A DNA stretch of 64,000 nucleotides from Phoronis australis (taxonomy: Eukaryota; Animalia; Phoronida): assembly GCA_002633005.1 (NCBI GenBank), contig NMRA01000165.1, positions 501,541-565,540 on the forward strand, in the 5' to 3' direction. The position numbers and the translations under genes were made by a program. This document shows, piece by piece, positions 39,102 through 53,300 of this stretch. The notes below the pieces were generated by a model that saw nothing but the letters and a program-made list of their open reading frames with translations, was not told where the DNA came from and searched no databases. The stretch's first letter is position 1; each line of letters starts with the position of its first letter.

Positions 39102-39256
39102 CAGGGACGGATTCAGGATTTTGAAGGGGAGCAGGGCAGAGTATTAGCCAGGATTTTGCCGTCAGACATTCGCACCCCCGTACTGCCAAATAGAATCTAG
39201 CAGAATTTTAGGGGGGATGGGCCCCCTTGGCCCCCTCCGCCATAAATCGGACACTG
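39102..39256 (-). mobile_element. Degenerate copy of the ~150-bp MITE at 55901-56046
   Basis: Reverse-complement match (TATTAGCCAGGATTTTGCC, GTCAGACATTCGCAC, CCCCCTTGGCCCCC). TSD not preserved. Confidence 0.7.
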
Positions 39257-40405
39257 GGGTAGTGGTATCAAACCCTAACAAATAAATCTTTATATCAGTT
39301 ATGCTTCTGTTAAGTGATATTTCAGTTAGTCGACAAAAATATTATCGTTTTCAGTCAGCCAGCCTGTTCACAGCGGATTCAGTAACGGGTCATGGGGAGC
39401 TGGAGGAGAGGGCGGCTCCCTCTAGACACGACCAAATAAACAAAAACAAAACCCCTCCCTCATACATTTTTAAGACTTGCTTGGTCGTTCTTACTTCGAA
39501 ATTTGGAGTTGCCCCCTTGCTATATCCTAGATCGGCCAGTCTTTAGCTTGCATCCCAAATACGTTCCTAGAAGAAATAGATAAAATATCTGAGGTCGCGG
39601 TAGAATTTTCCAATGAGCGGGTCAGTTTCAACCCGTGGAATACAGTCATTTCATGTAGTCCCGTGACCGGAGATCCACCAAGCGTCGGTTCCCTGCACCT
39701 CAAAGAAGTGGAGACTTAGTCTACAAAAGGAGACTTAGTCTACAAAAGCGCTAGGCGTTGTAGAAATCTACCCATAAAATTTGATTGGAATATGTATCCA
39801 TTAGCATTACAGTAAACAATCTGATATAGAAAGAAATTTATATCATTAGCGAATTTTCAATTTCACGAAGAAAGTTTTCAATGTATTAAAGCAGGAATCA
39901 AGGGCTACTAAGGTGTCAGGGCGTAAATTCTGATGGGTGCAGACTTCGTGTGTATCGCCGTACTCCTTCACATTTGGCTATTTTGATCGACAATTACATT
40001 GTTAAAAATAAAACACCTGTGCGAGTTCCGATTAAAGAAATGTATTCTACAATTTAACCGGTATCAGGCTGCCTTAATCTCTCTCGCTAATCAAATCATC
40101 CAACCGCGTGGCTATGTTTCCCAGCAGCCTCGCTTTGGCGTCGACTGGATAAACTCTGCTTCACTTTATCCATTCAACACAGCATACTTCAGCAATAGGC
40201 CGAGGCAGACGTAAATATGAAAGCTCGCCTGTTTACCGCGATATTTAAACGGGTTGCGACTTGATAACGTGTGATAACGTAAAAAGCGGTCATTTATTCC
40301 ATACCCAACTCTCATACAATTACAAACTGGAGTTTACCGACTGAGAATTATTTTCTCGGAATTATTATTCCACATTATTTATTTTCATTATTTATTTATT
40401 ACGCA

Positions 40406-40503
40406 ATGACAATGCGACGACTCAGCAGGAAATGTTACGGAGTCTTTGTGATTTTGTTGCTGGCCGGGTGTTCTTCAAGATCTACTGCTGCTATTCGTTG
40501 GTT
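40406..40503 (+). CDS. WNT4: Wnt4, exon 1 (signal peptide)
   Basis: MTMRRLSRKCYGVFVILLLAGCSSRSTAAIRW(L): basic n-region, hydrophobic core, typical Wnt W-L boundary. GTAAGT donor, phase 2, matches exon 2. Confidence 0.85.
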
Positions 40504-43500
40504 GTAAGTATTGCTCCTAGTCAAAATATTTTAAATATCGCGTTGACAACATTATCAAGCTTACTTTGTAACTTTAATGAGGGAGGTGGAGAAGTCACAT
40601 TATTTATTGTTCTCACATTTTAATTTCCCGTTTAGTAGACCCTCGTGTGCTGAGAGGGGAAAGATTATCAGCAAACGGTTATTTTGTGTTATCGAATGGT
40701 GATAGTATATTTTTTCGTGAGTTCATACGACTGGAATCGAATCGTTACTGAGAACACTGGAAACTAAGGCTTGTTTGTAAATGCGTCCTTTCCCTAAATG
40801 TAATTTTCTGCAATAATTTGAGAGGAAACTGGATTTTAAAGAATTTTGCTCACATGATAAAAGTACATGGAAGTTTATCTCGAGTCTTTCGAGCATAACC
40901 GTCATTGTGTTCGCTAACATGGAATCATGGCTTCGCATACCTTTCGTTTATTCATTTAAACTTTAATGATCAGTTCTTCACACATTTTATTGACAATGTC
41001 TCTTTGACTGCCACCGCACGCGTCTCGACGACTCCGCTCTATAGCCCTAATCTTGTAAGTGAAAGAAAAGACTCGGTGTATTGGTTTCTAACCTATTGTT
41101 GGTGTATATTCTAAGTGTTAATTGTGTCCCCTCAGTAGAAAATTGTAAATTACTTCCAGTACAAACACGTGAATTGTATCAGATGTAATCTTATAACTTT
41201 ATTACACCTAATAAGAAATCAAAACCAGCCGACAGTATTGAGGCATCCGCCTGTCATTGAAGCTGGGTTGATATTAAGCGAACTTATTTGGGCCTCAATA
41301 GTTATAATGCGCAGCACCTGGCACAAAACTTGTGTATTGGACCTTTGATTCTGTGTACTTATTTATGTATGCGTGGGAATTTGCCTGTAATGTGTATAAT
41401 TCTGTGTTAAGCCATAGTTTGCGACTCGCTGATGCAAAACATGCAAGTGAAGTAAAATTACGGAGTAATATTTTTTACATGTGTTTCAAAGTGATATCTT
41501 GCCTCCTTCGGAGTTTTATTTTATGTAGCGTCACGCATCCTTGTTTATTAAGACAATATTATTAAATCTTCTTGATTTTTTGTCGGCACACGTTTCATGA
41601 TCGTACTTTATGTGAAGGTCAATCTTCAAGTCAAATTTTCTGTTATAATATACTAGTGCACATCGTGCACGTCCAAAAATTAACGACATATATTCATAGC
41701 TCACATAGGAGTTTTCATAAAACTGAGCATGAACGTTTTCAATCAAAAGCACACGTTACTTTGAAATAGACATATCCGTCTTGTTGCGGCAACAAAAGCC
41801 AGTTACAACGACACTAATGTCACCAGTAAACAAAGATGATGTTTTTGGATAAATACGTTCTACTGTTAAGGGTTAGCTAGCTACAAAGACAGTCTGGATA
41901 GTAATGTGTACAGAAATAACAACGAGTAACCCCTGTATGCGTGTAACAGGGAGAATGCACCTCGTATGAAGGATGAGTGGGGCCTTGTCGCAGGCAAAAC
42001 ACATAAACAATTGAGAAGAGGAATGCCGACGAAAGCTTGTATTGGTCGCCTTGCCTCAACTGCGAGATTGAATAGTAATTAGCAGATGCCTTTGAATAAA
42101 TGAATACTGTTTTTTCAATGTTGAAGTAAATTGTCAACACGCTTCGCAAACAGCTTTAAAACCAAAATGCTTTATATGTTTGAACGATCTACAGAAACAC
42201 TCCTAAGAAACCCGATTCCACTGGCTTACGTTACAGTCTGTAAACGGAGAATTAATTACAATTTCCCCTTGTTTGCCGTGTACCGTGTTCAATAAGACCT
42301 GTTCCTTTTTTTCTGATCAACAACCGCCGTTTGTACCAAGGTAGCGCGAGCGCCGTGTATGGGTACACGACACACACATACTGGCCTGTTTCCAGGGCAT
42401 TTAACTAAAGTGTCTCAATGAAACAACACAATAGTTTGCTAAGAAAAAGATGATACTTCACGATAAGACGGGTCAGGTTTAAAATCATACGAATGACAGA
42501 CAGTCGCACAAAAGACCTAAGAAATTCGATCACGAGATCGGTCAAAGTTTTGTCATTTCTTCGTGCTTCCGTGACCCTGAACACATTGAAATGTTTTTTG
42601 GCAAAATAGCAGTTAAGCTCGAAGCTTTAATTTTCTTCGAGTGAGCAACATGTTCCACACATTCATTTGCCCTTTTGTGTACATATTAACAAATTTCTTG
42701 ACAGTTCAGTTCTTAAAGCGCGTGGGCAATGACTTTCTATTCTACTAAAGTCTTAACACGATTATTGTGAAGTAGGCTGTTTTATCATAGCAAACTGGTC
42801 TCAAAACTTTCATTAGCTGGCCAGATACAGTTTCAGGACTTTCATCTATGATGAAGCAGTCGAGATATCCTCAATCGGCTTGATGCGTTTTTCCACTGTT
42901 TTATATTGCCGGTGCCCGAAATGGCCTGTTCGCAGATGGAAATTATTCCCTTTCAAGTCGCGAAGAGGTTTCAAGTCTTTCAGACGTAGTTAAGGTGGTC
43001 CAGCAAACTGGTAATGATGGTTTATAATTTGCACTTTTGCTGGTGAGCAAGACGGAATTCCCTTTAAAATTTATCAAGGACTGTGCGTGTGTGTGACTAA
43101 TGATATGAGTCAAGTTGGTCATTACGTAACACGTGATACGAATATTGCGGCGCAGGCTATCATTATCGTTACTCAACAAACAGAAATTGCAAACATTTTA
43201 TGTAGGACAGTCAAAGAAATGTGCTATTTTTCAACTCGTTCTTGGCAGGTCTCATTATGTTGACACCAGTGTGGTATCGCTTGTCTCGACAAAATATTTA
43301 CACTATCTTTGCCACCGCGTATACATAATGCAGACTCGTTGGACGTTAACAGTTCGCAACATCGTAAAAATAAATTAATTAGGAAACTTGCCTAAGAAAT
43401 ATTCTTTATTTATAAATTCCCTTCTTACGTCACAACCTGTTCAAGAGCGAGCTTGGCAAAGTCGTTTTATCACAGTTGCTAACTACAAAGTAGCAGAAAC

Positions 43501-44588
43501 TGTCAAGAAATTAAAACTCAGCTGACTGTAGTGATGCGAGGAATAAATTTACTGTGTATTTGGCCATTTGTAAGCTCTTGGAACAGCCTACATTTTTTGT
43601 AAACTTTGTTGACTGGTGATTTCTTATTGTTGCTCCAGATCTCATCATAACGCGCACTAAACTCGACCGTAGTGCTTGACACCACAGAAATATCCTATTC
43701 ACAGAAAATGCCATTTTCTATTAAAAAAACATTTTTTTCTCTATTACAACTAGAAACAAATCAACTGGTCAAAGAATAGAACAAGTAATAAAGAGCAGCC
43801 CAATGAATTTTAAAGATACTTTTTACAAATAATTTGAAACAAACACTCTGTTTTTTGCTCTTGGTAGTTCTGCTGATCTCTCCTGGTGTAAATCAAGACC
43901 AGTACTCGGCTTGCACGTTGTGGCAGGTTTATTGACCCGCGATAGCCTGTTGTCTTCGGGACCATCTATCATCGGGTGCTGACTGGGAATAACCATACAA
44001 GCAGTTTCGCAGTTGATAAACATGACAAGGTCCTGTTAACTTCAAGGGGCTCTTGAAAACATGATTTGTACAGTGTCAATACGTTTCCCAATAAAGCGCT
44101 TATTACACGATTTTGGGTTAAGTGATTACCTTACTTCAGTCACACGATACGAATTTTGAAAATAAATTAACCATCCAACATTAAAAACCAGTGTTGAGAC
44201 CGTACTGGTGGTGCCTCGTCTGCGTGTCCCCGCCCAGCTTTCTATTTTGCTGTTTTGTGTTGAAATTGCAACGAGTTGCTATCGGCGTGAGAACTAGTTG
44301 TTAGTTAGCTCACTGTTGTCTCATATGGGGTCCCCGGGTGAGTATTTTTCGAAACAGTTCGATCCCCTTTATTCAGAGGAGGAAACTCGTTCTCAAATTC
44401 GGGAACCCCTGTAAGTGATGACTATTACCGAAAGGCCATTTCAGAATGCTATTATTTTTTAATATATTCATTGCCTTATTGAACATCTCTTTAATTTTCA
44501 AAGATATCTAGAAATGGAATACATTTTCGCGAAGGTGTACCTTTGTTGGATATTCTGCATAGTTGCAAGTTGTCATATTTTGTTGCAG

Positions 44589-44815
44589 AGCGCTTTCTTC
44601 TGTTGGAACTATAGACAATAAGGACAGTTGTAATGTTCTCAAAGGACTCGTGAATAGGCAGAAGAAAGTGTGCCAACGTAATGTTGAGATTATGAACAGT
44701 GTGCGAGAGGGGGCTAAACTGGCGATCGACGAGTGTCAGTGGCAGTTTAAGTCAAGGAGATGGAACTGCAGTACTGTGGATTCGGTGTCAGTATTTGGAA
44801 ATGTCCTTAATCAAG
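44589..44815 (+). CDS. WNT4: Wnt4, exon 2
   Basis: [70 protein letters not shown]; LKGL..RQ...C.RN.E.M.SV..GA.LAI.ECQ.QF is Wnt4-typical. Confidence 0.96.
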
Positions 44816-46419
44816 GTGAGTAACATCTCTGATGGAAAAATATGGCCACCTATTTAGTCACCAAAGACGTTGTAACGGCTTTGCGTGAAGTGAGATTTTT
44901 GCCAAAATGAAATCGCGCGTTTTTAGAATTAGATTGGACCATTAAGAAACCATAGTTTTATTTTAGTTGTTACTTAAGGTTATTTAAATTAAGCGAATGA
45001 GAAAATGCTTATTTATGCTAATTGCCCTATCAATGAAAAAGACGAATTCGTTAAAATATTGACAACTTATCATTTAACCTTATCGTCTGCACGTAAACTA
45101 ATAGCAATAAATGATAAATGTTTTTATAACCGTTTTTAACAGTAAATAAGACTATCGATACAACTTGGCTACACCGAGCACTGCGGGAGATTTAGGAGGC
45201 TCAACCCCGGGAATCCGTTCTTGAACGAAAGCGTTGTCTGTGAAATTAGAAGGTTTCAACCAACAGTGCGACCACCTAATTTCTCAATCCTACCATACAA
45301 AAGACCGGCTCTCTGAAAACTCCGTTCTCGGCGAGCTCAGGTATTTTTGCTGTAATTGGGCGCAAGTTGGCTGTCAAACGCCATCAACGTCATGACGTCG
45401 ACAGCTGAGAACTGACGTGACCAGGACAGAGAAGAAGGACGCGGAATAGTCGCGGTATAATTGACGGCATTTGTATATTTTTATCAAAGGGAATGATAAC
45501 ATGTTGTTCTAGTTAGTTTATTTTTCCAGACCTATCCAGTTATGATACGAAGTCCATACTCGGCTCCATAGCCTGTGGTCGCGCATAGCCCCGTGTGAGG
45601 TTAATTCTTGGCAAAATTCTATTACGACAAAAATAACACATCAGTCGGGTCACGTGTTTCATGTTTTCTTGCAAGAATTCCAACCATTCGCCGTGTGTCA
45701 AACATTTCAAATAAATAATTTAGCAAAAAGTGGTAAAATAACCCGCCAACTATCCTTGTGCGGCTTGCGTGTGCGGTGAGATTTGTCGGCAGTTCAGCCG
45801 GGTAATATATACTTTAGATCGGATGTGTACACAACACAAGACGATGCAATCTTTTTCGATGTGTTGAAGGACAAGCTGTCACTCGCTGGACAAAATGAAA
45901 CAGTTCTCATATACTACATTCTGATTATTTTTAGATGATGTCTTTTATTTGCGTTGATGTTGAAATTCAACATTGCAATTAGATTCTAGCGTAATATAAT
46001 TACCACTGTAAGATTCAGTTTAATTGAGTTGTCAGAAAACACAACATTTCTTTCCGTGACACTGATTTGTTTATTTTCACACAAATCAAATTTTCTGATC
46101 TTATCGTGAAACTGATTGAAAAATTATGTTTTGTTGAAACCTTGGGACTTCTACCAATCAACGCTTCGTCTATCCAATGCCCTCGGCCATCCCCAAAGAC
46201 ACAGACAAACGAATCACCAGCGGTTGTCCTTTCAGTACTGATTGGAAACAAAGGAACAGTCTCGATTTTTATTGTTTTGGGGTGTTTTAAATACGATTGC
46301 CTAAAGCTGCTTTCCCCCTGTTAACTGGATAAAGCGATCACCGAATTTCGCCTTTTAGATTTATGAAATCACTCTCATAATATCCCTTACCGCAAGAACA
46401 TGGAAACCATCAGCGATTC

Positions 46420-46620
46420 AACAAAACACTTCAGAGTTTTTTGGGGTTGGCCAACCCTAAATTGCGAATTCGAAAATGGCGCATTCTTACATAGCCTGTA
46501 ACTTGAGGTGATAACCGAAATAGAATCTCATCATGGTAAGAATTATTATGAGACCTACTTTATGAGAGTAAAAAGTCTAATTCAATTTTCGTTTTTAGTC
46601 AGTTATACGAGGTTATACAG
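46420..46620 (+). repeat. Unclassified ~200-bp dispersed repeat, copy 1 (Wnt4 intron 2)
   Basis: Colinear with 61297-61490 (GGTTGGCCAA..AAATTGCG..TCGAAAATGGC..GGTAAG..TATTATG..TTTTCGTTTTTAG). Confidence 0.7.
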
Positions 46621-49600
46621 GAAATGCAGATTTAAGGTGAAATTTGTTTTCTGAAACTGCCGTCTTCTAGTTTGGGTTTAGTTGAGATTATGATTTCGAG
46701 TGTACGCGATCGTGGTGCTGTTTCTCGGGAAAGCAACCTTTCCACAGACTGCAGCGTTAGGAATACGTTGCCCTTTAACACTCGCGTCAGATGCAGTCAA
46801 AAAGTCATCTAGGCGCTATCAATCACTCGTCCATACAACACACATGGACTGCCGGACGGTGAATGGACGTTTTGTGTTTCTTGTTATCTGGAAGGCAATT
46901 TTGGTTGTCAGCTCTTTCAATAGGTGTCTATCTCAATGTGGCAGCACCTATTGAACGCGAGCGTAATATAAATACCGAATCAAGATAAACCGAACTGCTT
47001 CAACGCGCATGCTGCTTCTTAGATAAATAATTTATTGTTTTCAAGAAATGACATGTTTATTGACGAATATTTGACATAGAGTATGTAAGCAAAATGCAGG
47101 TTGACAATTGTGTCCATAACAGAAATAGCGTTGGGGTTAGAGTTTGTTATCGAAGAGGATAAACCAAAAATGTTCCGTTAGTCTATGGCGCGTAGAAGTT
47201 ATGCACGAAATTATTGAGCGACGGAGCAGTTGCAGTTCATGACGTTGATTTGTGTGGATTTAAGTTCAGAGCATACAAACACTGGCCAGATCTTGTCACC
47301 TGTCCATCAAAATGTGGCCAACTTCTCGTGAGGTGGGCCGTGTCCAGCCATTCATCAACCCATTATGCAAGCCTTTACTGCCTCAAGTTGTTTTTGTTAA
47401 CGGTTCTTGTGGCAGGTGGATTACATAAATATGTTTGCTGTGAGTCTTCGCCTCTTTGCAATGTATTTCGCGAGTTACTGGCCATTGTCAATCACAATTT
47501 AATGTTCTGCTCATGTCATAATGAATGACGGTAAGTCGAGAGTAAAAGTAGATTGAGATCATCAATGAACAGGACTTGAGATGTTATCTCACGACGCAAT
47601 AACGACACCTTTGAGATCTTAGATTGTTTAATTGAATTTCAAAACAGCCAATCACACTTCAGCACGATTTAGCAAATGCCTGTCTCATTTTTTGGAAAAT
47701 GGCATATTTTGTTAACAATTCCCTTCAGTGACTGATACACGTTTTCATGCGACACGCAGTTTTACATGATTACAATCATGAAAAAACCTTGGACTATGGT
47801 GGGCAAAATCGGTGTTTTATGAGCCAGCTGAACTCAAATCGGCGACGAGCAACTAAATCAACGTCTGACAAATCTCAACATTAATTATTAGCCTACTTTT
47901 TGTGAGACAAAATCGACGTACAGTGAATCAACTGAACTCAAAGGCGTCGAAGAGAAATTGAGTGCGTGTTCAGATATGGAATTAATATGAGAAGGCTTGA
48001 TAGGACTTTAGGGGTATGTTTCTAGAAGAGTGCATACCAAAAAGTCGATTTTTTGCCTTTTGGGTTTTAGCCTGCTCGCAAGAAGGCTATGAATTTCTGT
48101 CTGTTGGTTTCGAGTTGCAGACAGATTTTCTGACGTTTTGCCTTGGCATGATTTTGTGAAACAGGGAAAACGGTATAGTGATTTTGAGCCTTGAAGGTTA
48201 AAAGACAATATACACTCATCACGAAACATTCCCAGCCCCAGAACGTAGACTAGACGCTGTAAACGGGAGCTCATAAAGACATCCTATCAGCCTTCTTACA
48301 AGGAATTAGCACAACATTAATATGCAAATTGTTGGTATTGTGGCCAATCACGTTCAATATCACCATGGGCAAACAGATCCTAACCAGAAATTACCTCATT
48401 GGAATGTGAGCAAATCTGCCTTCTGATTTTGGGGGGCGGACGATAAGACGGTAGATTAGACGTCTGACGAACGTTCGCATGTGAATTTTTGTATGACGGA
48501 TCACGAGTCCTATTTGCCTTCTAAACGGACGACATGTGAATGCTATATAAACGAAAGTCAGCCAAATCATAACATGGCTTATTACTTTAATCGCACTTCA
48601 TCGGGTGATTTATTGTTTTGTCTTCTTTCAAACTGCTGTGGAGGCTTATGATTGTGATAGCATAATAAACAAATTGTGCGTACACTAAAATTTAACTTAA
48701 TTGAAATATTTCATAAATTCGTGTTTTTTAACTGTTTTCATTTATCCGCAATGGAACACTTTTAAGTGGACGAAAGTGAACGCAATTGCACAGTTTATGT
48801 TTTTTTGGCCATATGAAGTGAACTGGCGTCCTTCTCTTTAGAGGTTCTGGCCTCGATTTTCCAGGCGTCACTACTATGTAAGTAACGACAGTCAAAACAT
48901 GCTACCATCCTCGTGTTTGCGGAATGGCTGACATCGCCGCGAGAACTGGGTAACAATATCAAAGGCCTCAATGAAATCTAGAAATCATAATTAAATAAAC
49001 CAACAGTACTCAAACATTGCGTCTCGCTCCACATTGTCAACTGATATCGTGTGTTTAAGTGGATACTTTCGAAGGAAAATAATTGAAGACCGTTTTAATT
49101 TCCGTTTCCTATCGAAATCCACAGGTTATTAAGTAATAAAAGTTGATGTACTTCAGAATCGTCTTCTGTTAGTAAACTGATGAAACCGAATAGCTCGAAT
49201 CTCGTTGAAAAATATTTACAGTAGGTGTTGCGTGCTGTTCTGAAATGTACCGTAAACTCTGGGCGGCATGTCATTACAACTCGCGTCAGTTACGTTGTTA
49301 CATGTATGTAGCAAACATTGCACCCCAAAGCACTGTCTCTTCGGCCGCTGGATGTATGTAACCCGCCTTCTAACACTGAGATATATCAATGAATACCTGT
49401 GATTTTTCCACTTACCGTTACAAACTTATAAAACTGGTCTCAGCTTGTTCCTCATTCGTCATTTCTTGGCTTGGAAAGAAAAAAAGTTGGTTCGTTGTAA
49501 CCAGGCTTTTTAAGTTGGCTTGAACGGGCAGGACGTTTGATGAGTCGAGCATTGCCGTAAGCAGGTACGAAATTTCAGAAATTGCCTCCAACTAAAGTAA

Positions 49601-49762
49601 AGAACAATTTGAGATCAATTTTATGAAGGCAAGTGGTTATTTTTGACTAAAGTAGAGTTAGAAGGCTTAATTTCACCTGGTGTGTTCAAATAATATATAT
49701 TGGCGAAATTGCATTTCACAGAAATTTGATAAATTTTGAGTAACTCTAAAGTGACGTTTCAG

Positions 49763-50031
49763 GTACGCGGGAGGCAGCCTTTGTGCATGCCATGTCCTCA
49801 GCTGGAGTAGCGCACGCTGTCACGCGCGCGTGCAGTAGCGGCAAGATCTCAAGTTGTGGCTGTGATATGAAGGTTAGAGGGAAAAGTCCCGAAGGTTTCG
49901 AGTGGTCGGGTTGTTCAGACAATATTGTGTACGGGTCAGCGTTTGCCAAATTATTCGTAGACGCTAGAGACAGGAATCGACGGTCAGACAGAGCTCTCAT
50001 GAATCTTCACAACAACGAGGCAGGGCGAAAG
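49763..50031 (+). CDS. WNT4: Wnt4, exon 3
   Basis: [26 protein letters not shown]...[17 protein letters not shown]...[14 protein letters not shown]; WSGCSDNI motif. Confidence 0.96.
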
Positions 50032-50197
50032 GTAATTCTTTATTGAGTATTTCAACTTCGCAGTAAAAATAAATGAAATGTTTATTTCCCTATATTCAAA
50101 TCTTACAACAAAACTGCTTGATTATTAACAATTCGGCGAACCCTACTTCCGGGAGTACCCCCTCATAAAAGCCATATACGCGGCGTGCCATACATAA

Positions 50198-50342
50198 CAT
50201 GGGCGGCGCACCATAGGGGGATGGGGGGTATAACCCCCCCCCCCACTTTTTCAGTGCTGTGCTGCCCACAGTCTATGGGTGGTGCACTACAGGGGGCTGG
50301 GGGGCTATAGCCTGCCACTTTTTTAGTGCTGCGCAGCCCATG
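50198..50342 (+). mobile_element. Head-to-tail dimer of the 68-bp MITE with a single 5-bp TSD
   Basis: CATGGGCGGCGCA...TGCGCAGCCCATG flanked by CATAA on both sides; two internal units. Confidence 0.8.
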
Positions 50343-53300
50343 CATAAGGAAAGACTTTTACGACCAGTTTACCTGCGAAGGGGTCGCATGTCTGGTTTTT
50401 ATAGTAAGGAATTAAAATGCCTTTCGAAAGGACTCAGTTAGGAAGTTTGATAGTCTACAAAAGATTCCTATTTTTCCAGCTAGATACAAATCTACGTAAT
50501 TGTCTCAGCTATGGTTTGAAGCTTGGTAATTATTATGACATATTTTGTAATGGTGTTAAGTTGATGAAATCAATCGCTACGGAAGGGTTGCTTCAGGAAC
50601 ATACATGCACGAAAGGATAACTTTTTCATCTATGCTCCCTGTAAATGGTTAACCTTTGTCGAGCTAATTCTTTAAACGTGATTTAAAAAGTGTTCAGCTT
50701 AAAAATAGTCGAGTACCCCCCGTGGTTAAATTTCTGCGCTCTCTTAATTAAAATAATTCGTATTTGTATAGTAAGCCTCACAAATTCCGTGTCTTCAACC
50801 GTTTCGCATTAGGCTACTCTTTGTTCCGTAATGTTAGTGCCAAACATATTTTTATAATGAACTCCCTAATTTTATGTTTTCACCTATGTCACGTTGCACC
50901 TTGTTCCTTCATCTGAATTTCGGCCAAACGTCAACGAATTCAGTTGGTATCACCAAAGATTAAATTTGATCCATGGTAACAGCTCCTGGACAATGCGCTA
51001 GAAGCGTGTTTTGACCGACACCATGTACACCTAAAGGACGCCGTCCCACTCAGTGGAATGTTCAACTTGTGAGATCGACATGATGATGGTATCGGGTGTC
51101 AGTTTTCAATTAAATGAATAAGTGTAGCATAATAAAAAGCCTCCGAGTTATTTATCGCTACAAACGGATTGATAGGTTCAGGGGCGGAAGTTTGGAAATC
51201 TTGAATCAACCCGATTGAAGTTATGTTGACAATAGTGAAAAGTGTTTGTCGGAATTATGGCTAGCTATGGTACTAGAATTCCTTGCTGTGTGTCAAAACA
51301 GAAACCCTTTTGCCGGTGTTCGGGACAGAATGATGTATCCTCGTATTCAAATATCTCATCCAAAGCCTATTTCATTTTCAAAAACTTTTTTTCTAAAGAT
51401 TCACGGCGATGTTCCTAGTAGAGCCTTATTAACTGATAACCATCTGTTACATGAACAGGTTATTGTGTTGTTTGTACTGCGGCTTCTTTGAGGGTCTAAT
51501 TACCCATAGAGATGGTGTAACATTCCGCGGAAGAAATGAACCGCAGTTGTCCTGATAACTTGATAAAGAAATCCCTTGTTCACCTCTCGGGCCGCGGCCA
51601 CTCACAGTATGTCGGGACAAATGTCAGATTATACTCGGAACAGAACGTCTCGTCGCGTTTAAATAGTGTGAATAAGTGTCACTATTCATGTGGTCTTTAC
51701 CGAACAGTTTTTAACAACGAAATAACCCTTTATTCGTCATCTTGACACACACGCATACCTTTATTCCAAGTAAGGTCATGCGTTGGCTCTTAAAGCTCCT
51801 ATAATCCCGCTTTCTGTTAAAAAGTGACTTTTCATGGATATTGCTTACCTTGAGGACAAACTTGTTTGGGAAAATACTGCGTCCAATATGTCCATAGGAG
51901 TGGAAAATGCGTCCTTCAAGCAAAATTTGGAGACCGGCATGATGCAGCAGAGAATGAAATCTTGTTTTTTCTGGTTAATGACTGCAGGTGTCGCGCGTGC
52001 TAGCCTATTGTGAAATTTGCGCCGTGTGCCATTGTCGCTCAAATTTGAACACTGGGAGTTACTGTTACATAATCGCTCCCAACTTGTTCTTTACTCAGAT
52101 AAAAAGTTATTTTTAGGCTTCGTTATTGCTTGTCAGCCGGTTCAATATTGAATAAGTTGTGTTGACCCGGTTGGTCGTTTTATGCTCCGAGCATACCCCT
52201 CCCCCCATGGAACAACGGACTTCAGTTTATACCAAGCCCAGAAATTACATCTTCTTAAGAACAAATTTTTATGTGTCTAAGTGCTGTGAATCAAATGTAA
52301 ACCTTTTGGCGGAAAAACCGAGGGTTTTCACTTGCCGAAATCATGGACTTCTTCTGTTATGTAAGTCCTTGAATTCCAGAGGGTCACAGGGCATTGCAGT
52401 TAATCGTACACTCGTGGCCTTTTGTAACGGTATAATTATTTCCGGCGTTTCTTGGAAGATCGTCATTGTATTCGTGGTCCAACTCCCAGTAAATCGAATG
52501 GTCCGTAAAACAACCATTTCCATTGAAAACGCCAAAATGGACCGTTGCCTGATTAGTTTAACAGAAAGACCTTGGCTAACTAGTTGCAAAAGAACGCCAC
52601 ACACATTTAGGTTTCATTTGACATGCGGATGTTTTCCAATTGTCGATTTCTACAGATGCAATACCACGAAGAACGCATTCAATGTTAGTGCTATCGACTT
52701 CACCTGTTGCCAATTTATTTTGCTTAAAGTTGGATCACTTAGGACTAATAGCACGCACAGAACGTTTTGTTGTAAGGTGCTCTGTTGCTGTTTTTGTGTG
52801 TACTACATAAACAAATAGTTCGTACCGATGAAAAACAAAGGATTGATTGACTATTTTTGGCGAAATGTTTTTCCGTTGTTTTCGATTGAATTATGTAAAA
52901 TCTTCTGAAAGTGGTACTTAATTATGTATTTGACTAACGGAGTTAAAAAATTATAAAAATTATATCACTTAAACCAGGATTCTAACTTAGGATATTCAAT
53001 TTTACCTAGTAACGTGTTAACTGAGTTATGAACCGACGTTGAAAGCATCTCAACCTCCGAGTTGTGAACACCAATTTGAGATGGTTTCCAGTCTTTCTTT
53101 CTTCATAGATTTTCAGTGTGACGAGTAATGCAACACGACGACACTTGGAACTAAATAATTAGTCGAAAACGTTATAATATCAATTGTCCCGTATTTTCTC
53201 CATTATTGTCATTCACGATTGTTTAAGTTCTGCATTTTGCGGAATACTTTTTTCTTTGACTGGACCGCATAAAAGATATCTTTCGCAAGCCAATTAGACC

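Noticed and set aside
39710-39747. 19-bp tandem duplication upstream of Wnt4
   Set aside because: Two copies only; ordinary slippage with no evidence of function.
52159-52818. 219-aa ORF in Wnt4 intron 3
   Set aside because: Non-ATG start, no recognisable motif, and composition like translated non-coding DNA. Wnt4 is complete without it.
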